Part shown: piece by piece, positions 51,418 to 64,000 of the stretch | Numbering within the stretch: the first letter of the stretch is position 1 | How the letters are laid out: every line of letters begins with the position of its first letter | Assembly: GCF_006345805.1 (NCBI RefSeq) | Contig: NC_042997.1 | Location: 101,184,001 to 101,248,000 of the forward strand | Length of the DNA: 64,000 nt | From: Octopus sinensis | Lineage: Eukaryota | Direction of reading: 5' to 3' | Made by a program: the position numbers and the translations under genes | The notes under the pieces: generated by a model | What the model was told of the DNA's origin: nothing | The model's input: only the letters and a program-made list of their open reading frames with translations | Database searches by the model: none

Positions 51418-52830
51418 GCTCACTATTTAAGACTACCTGAGCTTCCGTGTTTCTGTGTAATTCCTTAAAGATGCTCACAAAATGTGTTGGGTAACCAAGT
51501 TTACACAAAACAATCTACAGTGCATCTCTGTTTACCGTGTCAAATGCCTTAGTTACATCTATGAAGACCGGGTATAATGGCATTTGTTCCTCCAAGCATT
51601 TCTCCCGAACCTGCCTCGCTGAAAATATTATGTCCATTGTTCCTCGCTCAGGTCTGAAACCACACTACTCTTCAGGAATCCCATGTGGACACACATTCTC
51701 AATGAGACGATCTAACATGATCCTTGAAAGTATCTTCTTGATATGTGCCAGGAAGGTTATCCCTCTAGAATTACCGCGCACAGCTTTTGGACCCTTACCC
51801 TTGTATAGAAAGATTAGAATGTCATTTAACCATTTCTGTGGCACAGAAGATTCATTCTCAATTGGAGTTATTAAGCTATGAATTTCATATGAAATATGAT
51901 CCCCACCTGCTTTCAGAATTTCAACTGGAATACCATCCAATCCAGGGGATTTACTTGATCTCAGTTTGCATAATGCCAGATTTACTTCTTCAATGGAAGG
52001 TGTATCGTTCATGTGTTGCACTATCTCTCTTTGCGGAATGTTGTTTATGATATCTATGTTCACTACAGAAGGATTGTGGAAAAGATCTACAAAGTGTTCT
52101 CTCCATTTGTTTATTATTCCAGGAGGATCTTTAAAAACCTCATTTCCATCTTTTGACTTCAAGTGAACATATGATGAAGATTGCGGTTCAAAAGCTCGCC
52201 GCAATAAACTATAAAACTTTTAATGTCTTTCCTGTATTAGGCCGTACTTCCTCAGATAAGTTTCTCCATCAACTGTCTTTAAGCCTCTTGAGTTCTTTTT
52301 GCAAGTATGCTTTCTGAGATTTGTACAACTTTTCTAGTCGCAATTTGTTCTTTACGTTTGGGTCAAGAAGCTTTTCATAAGTAGATCTCTTTGTTATTAA
52401 AAGCTGATTTATCACCATATCATTGGAATTAAACCAGTCTCGGTACTGTCTCCTCTTAAAACCTAACACCTCTAATCTTATTTTATATATTCCATCCCGA
52501 AAATATTGCCATGAACCATCAAAATGAACATAGCTGCATCTCTGCTGAAATGACTACAAACTTTGCGTTTGTTTTAGCTGCTCTACATCAATTCTCTTTG
52601 GTACTCGTACACCTACAGTACGAATCTTCTTACAGACCCTCAACTTGAACTTAGCCCTCACCATTTTGTGATCAGTATCACCTTCAGCACCTCGCAGTAC
52701 GTTGAGACTGCACAAATCTTATAAGTCAGGTTTCTGAATTAATACAAAGTCAATCATGTGACCTTGCTTTGATCTTGGGTGAATTTAGGTAACTTTATGC
52801 TTCAGCTTATGATGAAAGAAAGTATTACCA
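51418..52830 (-). mobile_element. Degenerate RTE-clade LINE (end of APE through RT domain 3)
   Basis: HPRSKQGHMIDFV, KWREHF, KSPGLDGIPVEILK, LYKGKG..NSRGITFL, CGFRPERGTMDIIF..RQVREKC, FIDVTKAFDTVNR. Confidence 0.9.
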
Positions 52831-52869
52831 ACAACCAGCCCTAGCTCAGACCACATTTGTAGCAGATGT

Positions 52870-53201
52870 AGTTTCCGGCTTGGAATTTCTGGAACCACCG
52901 TTGACACTGGCTTACGCTTATTGTCCGATTCCAATATACTATATAAATATTCCTCGCACTTTCCATTGCGCTGTTGCCTTTGTTGAACTCATAAAGCAAA
53001 ATATGCCGAATATGCTCCTTTGTTCCTTCCATTGTAGCTCTCAAAAAATAACTGTTATATCGAAATGAACTCTTCAAAACTTGCACTAAGAATAAATGCA
53101 AGTTAAAATTACTACCTGCTTTTATAGTAAGTTGATGCAGGTAGTTTATACCGTCCCTCTCCGACATTTAGCTCGTGCAAATTATTTATGGGATGACCCA
53201 A
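52870..53201 (-). mobile_element. mariner 5' remnant (HTH) with left TIR and TA
   Basis: MEGTKEHIRHILLYEFNKGNSAMESARNI..SQCQRWFQKF; TIR 53179-53201 followed by TA. Confidence 0.8.
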
Positions 53202-53328
53202 TATATGATATACGCACCTGCTCACTCACACACACACACACGCACGCACGAACACACAAGCACGCACGCACACACACAAGCACGCACGCACACACACAAG
53301 CACACACGCACGCACACACACACACACA

Positions 53329-53377
<49 letters not shown>

Positions 53378-53609
53378 AAGGGGGAACCTGTTGTTGTCAT
53401 TACTGGAAATTGAGTTGCTAGTTGTACAATATTTATTGATAGTAGAAACTTCACAAGTCGTCTCAGGAAGTTTCTCGTTCACTCACTTCGGACGACTGTG
53501 TAAATACCTTTTATTTATTGCATATACGTCTTGGTGACCTTAGTAATTTAAGGCACGATTTCTTATGAATATAATGTAAGCGGGCAAGCACGTGTAACTT
53601 TATACATGC

Positions 53610-53661
<52 letters not shown>

Positions 53662-53688
53662 ACACGCATACACACATGTATATACGTA

Positions 53689-53728
<40 letters not shown>

Positions 53729-53730
<2 letters not shown>

Positions 53731-53891
53731 TGCAGGAGTGGCTGTGTGGTAGGTAGCTTGCTAACAAACCACATGGTTCCGGGTTCAGTCCCACTGCGTG
53801 GCATCTTGGGCAAGTGTCTTCTGCTATAGCACCGGGCCGACCAATGCCTTGTGAGTGGATTTGGTAGACGGAAACTGAAAGAAGCCTTTCG

Positions 53892-53922
<31 letters not shown>

Positions 53923-54129
53923 TTGTCCCCCTAGCATTGCTTGACAACCGATGCTGGTGTGTTTACGTCCCCGTCACCTAGCGGTTCGGCAAAAGAGACT
54001 GATAAAATAAGTACTGGGCTTACAAAGAATAAGTCCCGGGGTCGATTTGCTCGAATAAAGGTGGTGCTCCAGCATGGCCGCAGTCAAATGACTGAAACAA
54101 GTAAAAGAGTAAAAAAGAGTAAAAGAGTA
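53729..54129 (+). mobile_element. Full-length tRNA-headed CORE-like SINE (resembles octopus OR2 type)
   Basis: A/B-box-like gtggctgtgtggt and gggttcagtccc, CORE-like catcttgggcaagtgtc, internal (TA/TG) repeat, (GAGTAAAA)n tail; partial copies at 11.6, 16.4 and 45.1 kb. Confidence 0.8.
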
Positions 54130-55082
54130 TATATGTATGCATGTATCTGTGCGTAAGCATGTGCAAGGGAGAGAAAGTGGGGAGAGAAGGCAGGTTGAGA
54201 AATTTCATGCGCGTGCTTGTATATGTACATACACAGACACAACAGACACAGAAACACACACACACACACAAGCGCGCGCGCGCATAGGAAATTGTGCTCT
54301 AGTTTGGGTAAGGTCACCGAGATATATAGTTGCGGAATTAATAGATTTTTGCAAGAAAACCATTATCATGTGGTAACTGAATATAACAAGGACAAATCAG
54401 CTGCCACATGTGTATGTGTAAGAAGAAGCAATAACAACCACTACAAATAGTCAGGCCAATGAGAGAATGTTTACGTAGTCGATCAAATTGCTAGAAAATG
54501 TAGCTAAAAAAACCCCCACTAAAATCACACTCTAACTTCTTAAATCAGTGACGGACACGTTGTGTAACGTAATCCTGGAGAAATATTTAGAACAAAAGCG
54601 GGACAGTTATGGCTGGAACGCTTTTGATCAAGTGTCAGTTCGATCTAGTTTGACTGGGGTCTAAATATACAGCGGCGAATGTGAGGACATCCTTGTCGTT
54701 TTATTCCTTTGCTTCACCATCGCCGTTATTATCTGTCTTATCATTCCACCACCGTTAGAGAAAAAGAAAGCAAGATCCTACAATAACACAAATACGGGCG
54801 TGAATAACAGCGGTAGCAACAACAGCAGCAGCAGCAGCAACAGCAAGAGTAGCAGCAGCAGCAGCAGCAGAAACGGCAACAGCAGTAGCAGCAATGTGAG
54901 AAGCAGTGAAAATTCACTAACAACAAGCTGTGTTAGCAACAGCTACATCAATAGTAACGCCAGAGATGACACTGATGATGATGTCATCATCATCATACAC
55001 TCCACAGTCGTAAATAAATTAAAAGAATGAATGAATGAATAAATAAATGAATAAATAAATAAATAAATAAAGTAATTAATTA

Positions 55083-55131
<49 letters not shown>

Positions 55132-55139
55132 GCAACAAC

Positions 55140-55738
55140 AACAAGGCCTGAAATTTGGGGGAGAGAGATAGTCGATTAGATCGACCCCAGTACTCAACTT
55201 GAATTTATATTATTGACCCCGAAACGATGAAAGGCAAAGTCGACCTCGGCGGAATTTGAACTCAGAACATAGCGACGGATGAAATACCTATTTCTTTACT
55301 ACCCACAAGGGGCTAAACACAGAGAGGACAATCAAGGACAGACAAACGGATTAAGTCGATTATATCGACCCAGTGCATAACTGGTGCTTATTTAATCGAC
55401 CCCGAAAGGATGAAAGGCAAAGTCGACCTCGGAATACCTACTTCTATTTCTTTACTACCCACAGGGGGCTAAACATAGAGGGACAAACAAGGACAGACAA
55501 AGGGATTAAGTCGACTACATCGACCCCAATGCGTAACCGGTACTTATTTTATCGATCCCGAAAGGATGAAAGGCAAAGTCGACCTCGGCGAAATTTGAAC
55601 TCACAACGTAACGGCAGACGAAATACCTCTAAGCATTTCGCCCGTCGTGCTAACGTTTCTGCCAGCTCACCGCCTTCCATAATAATAATAATAATAATGA
55701 TAATAATAATAATAATGATAATAATAATAATAATAATA

Positions 55739-55793
<55 letters not shown>

Positions 55794-56010
55794 CGATGAT
55801 GATGATGATGATTTCAAATTTTGGTACAAGGCCACAATTTTGGGGAGGGGTAAGTCGATTACATCGATCTGAGTACAGGTACTTATTTTATCAGCCCTGA
55901 GAGGATGAAAGGAGAAATCGACCTCGGTGGCATTTGAACATGGTACGTAAGGCCGGAAGAAAAGGTACTGAGCATTTTCTACGGCATGCTAATAATTCAA
56001 ATTCGTTCTA
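55140..56010 (-). mobile_element. Four tRNA-SINE copies, two with a third tail type (C), nested and stacked
   Basis: Copies ~55140-55288, 55289-55432, 55444-55678 and 55810-56010; tail C segment atttctttactacccaca.ggggctaaaca.agag.gaca occurs twice. Confidence 0.85.
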
Positions 56011-56069
56011 ATTTTCGCAGTAATAATAATAATAGTAAACATTATATAAAAATAATGTTCATCTTCAAA

Positions 56070-56750
56070 ACCCTTCTCGTCATCATCGTCGTCGTTGTCG
56101 TCGTCATCATCATCATCATCGTCGTCATCGTCGTTGTTGTTGTTGTCGTCGTCCTCCTCCTCCTCCTCCGTCTCATCATCATCATCATCGTCATCGTTAC
56201 CGGCGTCATCATCGACTGTACTACCATCATCCCCATTACCGTCGCCATCGTCATCTTCGTCATCGTCACCCTCCTCCACCTCCTCCTCCATCCATCATCA
56301 TCATCATCATCATCATCACCACCACCACCATCACCATCAACAACAATATCAGCAATAATAACGCCAACAGAGGCAGTTTGTCTTTGTTGCTTATATTTAA
56401 AAGAAACATGGCAGCTTTCGAAACATGTCATATATAAATAGCTCTACACACATACACACACGTACATACACATATACACACGTACATACACAAACGTACA
56501 TACACATATACACAACCCTCTCTCTGTCTCTCCTTCTTTTTTCTCTCTTTCTCTCTCCCTCTTTCTCTCTCACTATCTCTTTCTACCTCTCCTTTCATAT
56601 GTCTTTCACATCCACCTACTTTTTATGTTCCATTTTTATAGTCAGCCTCTCTCTTTCGTTCACTCTATCAAACACACACATATACACTGTCTCTGCGTTT
56701 CTGCGACAGGCAATCTCCCTACCCACCCTCTCCCTCTCTCTCTCTCACCC

Positions 56751-56795
<45 letters not shown>

Positions 56796-56922
56796 ACACA
56801 TATAAACACTATCTCTTTTCCTCACGCAAACGTTTTTGTGACTATTTTGTCTTAAATATTCACACCCTTAAGTACACACTGCTCTCTTTCCCTCTTTCTC
56901 CATATATATATATATTATATAT

Positions 56923-56970
<48 letters not shown>

Positions 56971-57193
56971 CATACATACATACATACATACATACATACA
57001 TACATACATACATACATAATACATGCATACATACACACATGCGTATGTAAATATATATGTACGTGTATATATACATATATATGTACACATATACACATAC
57101 ATACATACGTATGCATACGATGCCAACAAGAGCAAGGTCAGAGGGTAGACGACAAAAGCTTCCAAAGTTCAAGGACTTTTTAGAAGCTTTAAG

Positions 57194-57225
<32 letters not shown>

Positions 57226-57230
57226 TTCTT
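56070..57230. repeat. Low-complexity and microsatellite block (CAT/CGT/CTC, CA, CT, TA, CATA)
   Basis: Direct reading. Confidence 0.85.
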
Positions 57231-57954
57231 GCTCATTGATGGATACTGTGAGATTTCTACATAAAACAAGGAAGACAGAAGCGTGTTACTTATCCCTTTT
57301 ATGCAATGAAGAGTTAGCTTATAAAGCGAATGTCTAACAGCGATATGAACGTCATCAAAAATGAAAATTAAGAATAGAGAAAAGAGAAATAAGTATACGT
57401 TTAAATAAATTTCCCACTGAAATATTTTACCATACACACACACACGACACATTCACTCATTCACTCATTCACTAGACTCACAGACATACAAACACAGACA
57501 GACGCGCAAGTGCGTGTACTCATACAAGCACACACACACACACACATATACACACATGCACATACACACACAATCTCACGCACCTGCTTCGGAAACGGTT
57601 GCGAAGTGTCATGACGGTGGAAATATCTGACAGCCGTGACAGTTAACTCATCAAACAATGCAGAACTCGTCACTATCAGAATCCATCCTAACGCTTTATT
57701 ATTTTTTTTTTCATATAGCTTCTTTTTTTTTTTGGTGCTATTTTATCGCTTGTTTGGTTCTAGTGTCTATTTTATACATTGACGTATAACTTACTGCCCT
57801 ATTTGAATGGAATCAACTTCACTAAAATAAGAAGGAGCGGGGATTTGTACAAGTGGCATCATTACTCTGCAGATTTCGACAACCACTACTTCCCCGGCAA
57901 ACATCATTACTTTCCAGCACGAGCAAAATCGTCGCAGCATGGGAAATAAATGCC

Positions 57955-58540
57955 TTCTGGTATTTGCATCGGCTTTTTACGTTCTGAGTTTAATTATTGC
58001 CGAGGTTAGCTTTACCAATTCCAATTTCCTTAGGCATCGATAAAATAGAGCACCAGTCAAATACTGGAAGTGATGAAATCGACTAAACCACTCTTATCAA
58101 AATTACTAGCTTCGGGCCAAAATCAGAAAGCTCTATTCTGAAGTCAAATTACGCCAAGGTCGACTTTGCCTTTCATTTTTCGGGGTTGATAAAATAAGTA
58201 TCAGTTGAGCACTGGGGTTGTTTTAATCGATTCACCCCTCCCCAAAATTTCAGACATTGTGCCTTTAGTAAAAAGGATTATTATTGTTGCTGTTGTTGTT
58301 GTTTTTGTAGCTGTTGTTATTAAGGCGACGAGCTGACAGAATCGTGAACATGTTGAACAAAATGCTTAGCGGCATTTCGTCCGTCTTTATGTTCTAAGTT
58401 GAATATCCGCCGAAGCTGACTTTGGTTTTCATCCTTTCGGGGTTGATAACTTATGTACCAGTCAACCACTGAGATCGATGTAATTGACTGGTCCCCTCCC
58501 CCAAAATTTTAGGCCTTATGCTTTTAGTAGTAAGGGTTAT
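57955..58540 (+). mobile_element. Three tRNA-SINE copies
   Basis: ttttacgttctgagtt, aaggtcgactttgcctttc, aaggcgacgagctgacagaatcg...aaaattttaggccttatg. Confidence 0.8.
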
Positions 58541-58599
58541 TATTTCGTGAAAACTCTCAGCTTATTTTGCTGGATATGATGGAAAGTGTCAGCTGTCAA

Positions 58600-60180
58600 C
58601 AGCCAGCAGACTAAGGGGACACTTGTTTACTGATCATGTTTCAAGAACCTGCAGAGAATTCTTGCAGTTCCAAGCAATACTGATTTTTGTATTGATTTAA
58701 CTCAGGATCATATTTATTCTTGGTAGAATTTAAGTGGGTAGCAGGTTACTACCTCTAATCTTAGGTATTCTTTTATTATTATTTTTTGTTTTGTTTTAGT
58801 CACTTGATTGCAGCCACCCAAAGCTTTCAATAGTCTTTCAAGTGCTTAAAGCCCTCCTGATAATCTTTCCTGTCCCTAAGAGGCAAACTTTCTACAGAAG
58901 CTCTACAGGACATTTTACTCCAATCTCCTTCAACTATGTGTTTCTATCTTTACTTACAGTTCCCAATGCACCAATTATTACGGGTACAACCTTTACAGTT
59001 TTCATACTCCAAATTATTGCAATTTCAAATTCTAAGGGGTTGTATTTTTTTATTTTTCATCGTCTTTCTTTACTGGAATCATACAGACATGATGGATCAA
59101 TTAGTAAGCAACTTCGCTTTTTTTCTGTCTGTTATTGTAATATCTAGTTTATTAATTTCTAGCTTCTTATCCGTTTGAATGGGTAAATCCTATAAAATTT
59201 TGCATTTCTCCGACTCCAGCACTCTTTCGACCCGATGATCATACCACGTGTCTCTAGCTTCAAATACCTATTTCCGATAAAGTAAAACTTTAACAACTTG
59301 GTCATGACTCCAGTTCTTGTATTCTCCCTGCTAACTTGGAACATTCGGTAACAATGTGTGCCGCTGTCTCCACAAGCTCTACATGTTACTGAACCCTCCC
59401 CATACACATATTTTCCCAAGTCGTTTGTTTTTATCGTTTGATCTTCAGCTGCTATAATGAGACTCTTTGTTTCTTTTTTTTTTTTTTCATTGCTCCTTTT
59501 TTAACCTAGCCCAGGATTTTGTTGCCCATACATCTTCAGTGGCTTTCCAAAACTGACCACGCACAGGTTTCTCTCCAATTTGTTTAACATGGTCTCTTTG
59601 AATTTCATTCTTGTTCTTTTTTCCTATTCCACACTTGACCACCTGTTCCTTATTCACTGTCTTTAGTAGTTCCCCTGTGCTGTTCTGTAAATATTTTAGT
59701 AGGCTTTTCCTTTTCATCTGTACACTTTCTCAAAACAATTAAGTCTCTTCCACCCTGGTCTCTCTTCAAGTACAACCGGTTCACATCAGCTTTCGGATGG
59801 TGGATCCCATACCATACTGTACATTGTAAGCCGCTTTCTAGTTTTTCTTTCAAGTTTTTGTATATCGCTTTTGGTCAAATCTACAGGTACTGCTCTTGCC
59901 TTTATTGTTTCAATAAAGTCTTTTGTATTCAGCTTTGAATGTAATATTTTTATTACTCTCCTTGTATACTCCTTACTAGTAAGTTGTTCTATCTCTTCAT
60001 GCTTTATTTCATCTGCCTCCAGTATCCCCCCAATACTTATAACACTGTCCTTTCTCAACCGCTTTCATTGTTTGCACATTTGGCATTTCAGTTCCTTGGC
60101 TGCCTTCAAATCTTCCTCGCCTCATTTTCAATATAGTGCACTTTTCAATTCCAAATTTCATACCTTCATAATTTGAGAAA
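58600..60180 (-). mobile_element. Degenerate R4/Dong-like LINE 3' portion (family D) plus a short extra 3' fragment at ~58600-58770
   Basis: HHPKADVNRLYLKRDQGGR, C..CGD..TH, IIGVTVPIIIGALGT (reverse complement of 58950-58995), KVCLLGTGKIIRRAL; separately QKSVLLGTARILCR. Confidence 0.8.
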
Positions 60181-60399
60181 ATGCGAACAGTATGTACAAG
60201 ACTTTCAAGCTGCTTCTCATTTTATCGCATAGCAACGTTCGACCATTTGTTACATAGGTAGGTACGTCTTTTTGAGGAAACAGAGGTGGAACACCATCAG
60301 GATTCTTTCCTGCAACTGTGTTAAGTTCTTCAGCCGTAGCCGGACTAGGTTCTTTCTAATTTGCTATTTTTAAACATCAGTCTCACTGTGAATATAGAT

Positions 60400-60620
60400 G
60401 AATTTGGACGTCCTTTTGCCTTGGCACAGTGGTAAGTAGTCTCTCCACCTGTGTTAGTCACACTGTAGTTTCTTTATGTCTCACTGTTCTCCCCAAAAGT
60501 TCCCCTAAAGCTCTCCCCAAAACACTTTACTTTGTTCGGCATCAGGAATCACTTCTCTATGTTGTTCGACCTCTATTTCCTCAAAAAGACGCCTTCTGTT
60601 TGATTGAATCAATCTTTTCT
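60400..60620 (-). mobile_element. R4/Dong-like pre-RT ORF fragment
   Basis: LIQSNRRRLFEEIEVEQHREVIPDAEQSKVFWGEL resembles the QN.LF.......PD.EE...FW segment. Confidence 0.6.
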
Positions 60621-60649
60621 GTTCAAAATCTTTGTATCTAGCGCCATAT

Positions 60650-60650
60650 C

Positions 60651-60713
<63 letters not shown>

Positions 60714-60732
60714 GTTATTATTATTATTATTA

Positions 60733-60783
<51 letters not shown>

Positions 60784-60790
60784 CGTTATT
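60650..60790. repeat. (ATT)n microsatellite
   Basis: Direct reading. Confidence 0.95.
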
Positions 60791-60799
60791 TTTATTTTT

Positions 60800-62265
60800 A
60801 TTGCCTTTGCACAGATTCTAACGCTGGAGATGTACTACGGTGCCTGCTGTTCACTACTAGTGAACTTAGGTAACACCCCTTATTTATCGAGCACTTTCCG
60901 GAGTATTCGACCTGTTCAAAGCAGTGCTGTTTTCTGTAAGTGCTCCACCCTTATTGCAGCCCCTATTTGTTCCATGTACTTCTCGAGGTTTTTACTCACT
61001 GTTCCCAGGGGTCCGACAATTATTGGTACCGCTACCACATTTTTCATTGACCACAACTGCTTTATTATGCTAACCTGTCATACCTATCGACTTTTCTTTC
61101 TTCTTATCACATACCTTGTTGTCAGCTGGGCATGCTATATCTATGATCCAGCATAGTTTGCTTTCTTTCTCAATTAAGACTACGTCTGGCTTCCTACTTT
61201 CTATCTCATGGTCGCACTGAATCATAAAATCCCACAGGATCTTTGTATTATCATTTTCAATGATGCCTTCGGGTTTGTGGTCATACCAATTTTTTTCTCT
61301 GCCAAGTCCATACTTGTTGCAAAGCGTCCAATGAACAAACCTTGCTATATTGCCGTGGTGTTTCTTATATTGCTTCTGGGCTTGTGGCGTTCATTGGTTG
61401 GTAATATGCCATATGGTTTCAACATTTTGTCCACAGATTCTGCACTTATCACTTTCTGATGTGTTGTCTACTCTGTATTTTATATAGTTTGTTCTTAGTG
61501 CTTGCTCTTGGGCAGCACAGATTAGAGCCTTCGTTTCCGATTTTAAATCACTTTTAGTCATCCACAGCCATCTTTTTTCTCTGTTTGTCTTCAACATCCC
61601 TATGAAATTGTCCATGCATTCTTTTCTTTACCCATCTATTTTCAGTTTCATTCATTCTTAAGTGCTTGTACAGTGCTTTATCTTTGCAATCTTTCACCCT
61701 ACACAAGCCTGACCTTCTTACTTCTAATAATAGCGGTTCTGTGCATTTTTGACATACCACGCTATGTTGTTTTCTTCTTCTCTAATGCTGTATTTGCATC
61801 CAAAAAGTCCTCTTCCCTCTCATTTTCTTGGTACATATAGTCTATCTGTGTCACTTTTTGGGTGGAGTGTCCCATATGTAGTTAGCAACTTCCATGTTTT
61901 TCAGTCTAGCTGTTTAGTTCGTCTACTGCCCACACGATTACCCCTGCTCCATATCTAAGGATTCAAACCGCCCAGATATTGATAGCTTTAATCTTATTCC
62001 GTTCGTTTAATTTCGACTTAAGGATCAGTCTCAGTCTGCGCAAGTACTCTATCTTAAATTTTTCCTTCATTTCTTTCTCCATCAATTTATTAATTTCCAA
62101 AATCCCCTAGTAATTATAACCCGTCTCTTCTATCCGCTTCATAACCTCCCCTCCATACATTTGATTTTGCCTCTCTTCAAGACTATCACACCACACTTTC
62201 TCAGTCCGAACACCATTCTGAGCTTTTTCCAGATGGGTCCATCGAACGGCATTCGATGTACCCAA
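60800..62265 (-). mobile_element. 5'-truncated R4/Dong-like LINE (family B)
   Basis: GLRKCGVIVLKRGK, MHGQF, LKSETKALICAAQEQALRTN, CRICGQNVETIWH, RHHGNIARFVHW, KPDVVL; 3' UTR matches 42480-42550. Confidence 0.9.
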
Positions 62266-62507
62266 CTAGAAAAGGCTCAGCTTGGCAACGAAGCCACAAT
62301 TCGCTTTTTTGACGGACCATGATAGGCACATCTTTCTCGAATCCCGAAATGTGTGTAGCTTTTCAGTAGCACCTCAGTCGACGGTTCGGGACGAGTGTGT
62401 GTGTGAGTGTGTGTATTTCGTGAACCATCTTCCCAATGGTGAATTCTGCTATATAATAACTATATAATAGTTACATTCTCTGACGATTTGATAGTAAGTG
62501 TTGATTA

Positions 62508-64000
62508 CACTATGTTACAAAATTTTTCAAAAGTTTTGTTTATCCTAATTTTTAAAGTGTTTATTATGCAAATTTCCGCGCCGATTCCGAAAATGATCTT
62601 ACTTTTCCTTTACCACCGACCGTTGCTGAGATATATCGGATTACGCTAATTATTAACGAATGTAATGTTTAGGGGAAGGAGACCATTTGTACGCAAAAGT
62701 TTGGACTAACTAAGGAAAATCGTGTTTTTTTTTTATTATTTTGATTTAATGTAAAAAGGTAATGAATGACCTGTGGTAAGCTACTCCACTTTTCGTGGTA
62801 CTCAACACTATGCTAATTTCATTTCAGTCTGATAAAACTGACAGACTCCCTTCTTGTGCAGCAGATGGACTGTCCATTAAGGTGTATATTGATATGGTTC
62901 TGATATCTTTTTCTCTTTCAGTTCTGTATTGTGAACATTACTCTAAATTTTCTTGACTAAATTATTTCTGCTATGTGTGCGGATACTATGTTGGAACAAA
63001 GCGTGTATCGCATAAAATCGTGAAAGGTGCCAAATACTGGATCGCTAAATATGTGGAAGTTGATGATCAAATTTAGAAGGATGATTAAGAGTCGCAAGAA
63101 GAGCTAAGCCTTTTGGTATTCCAAGTGTATAACGAGAACTAAAAACCATCACGATGATTGCTATTTTTGTATGATTGATGTAATAAAGTACAGAAAGTTA
63201 AAGGAAGACAAACACTTCGTTATCCTAGCATACCATCCTCTGTTGTACCTGTGCCACACGATGAAAAGTTACAGGTACCACAACGACCAGAAAATGTAAG
63301 AACTTTTAAATTTCATATGCTAAATGGAATAATCAAAATTCAAAGGTTAAGAACATTTAGTTCTGTTTTCTTTTAATGTTATGGTTACCAATAAAACTAT
63401 TTCTATGGTTCAAGTTATTTTATGCAAACATTTTATCTTGTCAGGTAGAAGATACTATGGTGGTGTCATCAGAAGAATTTGAAGGTTGCAGCAACCAAGA
63501 AATGGATGAAGCGCTCAAGCCAATAATGAGTGCCGCCAACAATTTCCAAATCAACGCGAACTTGATGATCCCATCAAGGACTTAGGCCTCTTCATGTCAG
63601 GAGCTGAACTTTTAGCATCCAGGTTGGAAAAGGACTGCAAATCAACAGTGTACCGGAAACGACGGAATTCCAAGTATACTTCGATATTTGTGAAGATCTC
63701 TGTTTCTGCAAAAATATAATAAATGGCTAGTTTGAAACTATTGGAATTGATCTTTACCCATAAGAATAGTGACTTTTCATAGACAGCTCAGCAAGAAATC
63801 TGTGGAACTTAATATCCATCTCTACCTATCGCATACTATGTGCAGATGAAGGAAGAATATAAACTGTCAAAAAGCTTCCTCTGAAAGTAAACTATGCGGA
63901 CTATTAGTGCGATGTTTGCGTTGATTTTAAGATGCCTGCCTTCTTACTTGGATTGCAGGGTGGATGCACAAAATAGTCGTGCTTTTTTGCCTATGGGACC
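62508..64000 (+). mobile_element. Chapaev3-like (CMC superfamily) DNA transposon, left end and degenerate transposase, running off the window
   Basis: TTA|CAC terminus at 62505-62510; FCYVCG, HDDCYFCMIDV, YPSIPSSVVPVPHD, DLGL....AELLASRL, VDFKM..LLGLQGG.TK..CF.CLWD; intron-like GTAAG..AG at 62776-62921 and 63296-63444; superfamily assignment is from memory of these motifs. Confidence 0.7.

Noticed and set aside
45255-53203. Composite transposon bounded by the mariner TIRs at 45.4 and 53.2 kb
   Set aside because: The TIRs are in direct, not inverted, orientation: one is the right end of a + copy and the other the left end of a - copy.

Overview
Repeat-saturated, AT-rich eukaryotic genomic DNA. 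The SINE families and dense microsatellites resemble those of coleoid cephalopods, most likely an Octopus species (inference, no database search). I see no intact host gene, rRNA, tRNA gene or CRISPR array, and most of the supplied ORF track is translated microsatellite. The window holds about 28 copies of a tRNA-headed SINE with (ATT)n tails, a CORE-like SINE, three copies of a ~580-bp non-tRNA retroposon-like repeat, and at least five families of R4/Dong-like RLE LINEs. One of these LINEs is a very young 5'-truncated copy with a single nonsense codon. It also holds remnants of Tx1/L1, CR1/Jockey, RTE, HERO and Penelope elements and of hAT, Tc1, mariner, maT, Helitron-like and Chapaev3-like DNA transposons. 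The most interesting unexplained structures are: (1) five type I hammerhead ribozyme motifs with palindromic stem III, two of them in the arms of a ~250-280-bp inverted repeat; (2) a repeat-SINE-repeat-SINE-repeat-SINE-repeat array, apparently from serial insertion at one 16-bp site; (3) (AAT)n/(ATT)n tracts acting as landing pads, with Dong-like LINEs and SINEs stacked on opposite strands; and (4) one isolated exon-like segment with strong splice signals. Boundaries of degenerate elements are approximate (tens of bp).
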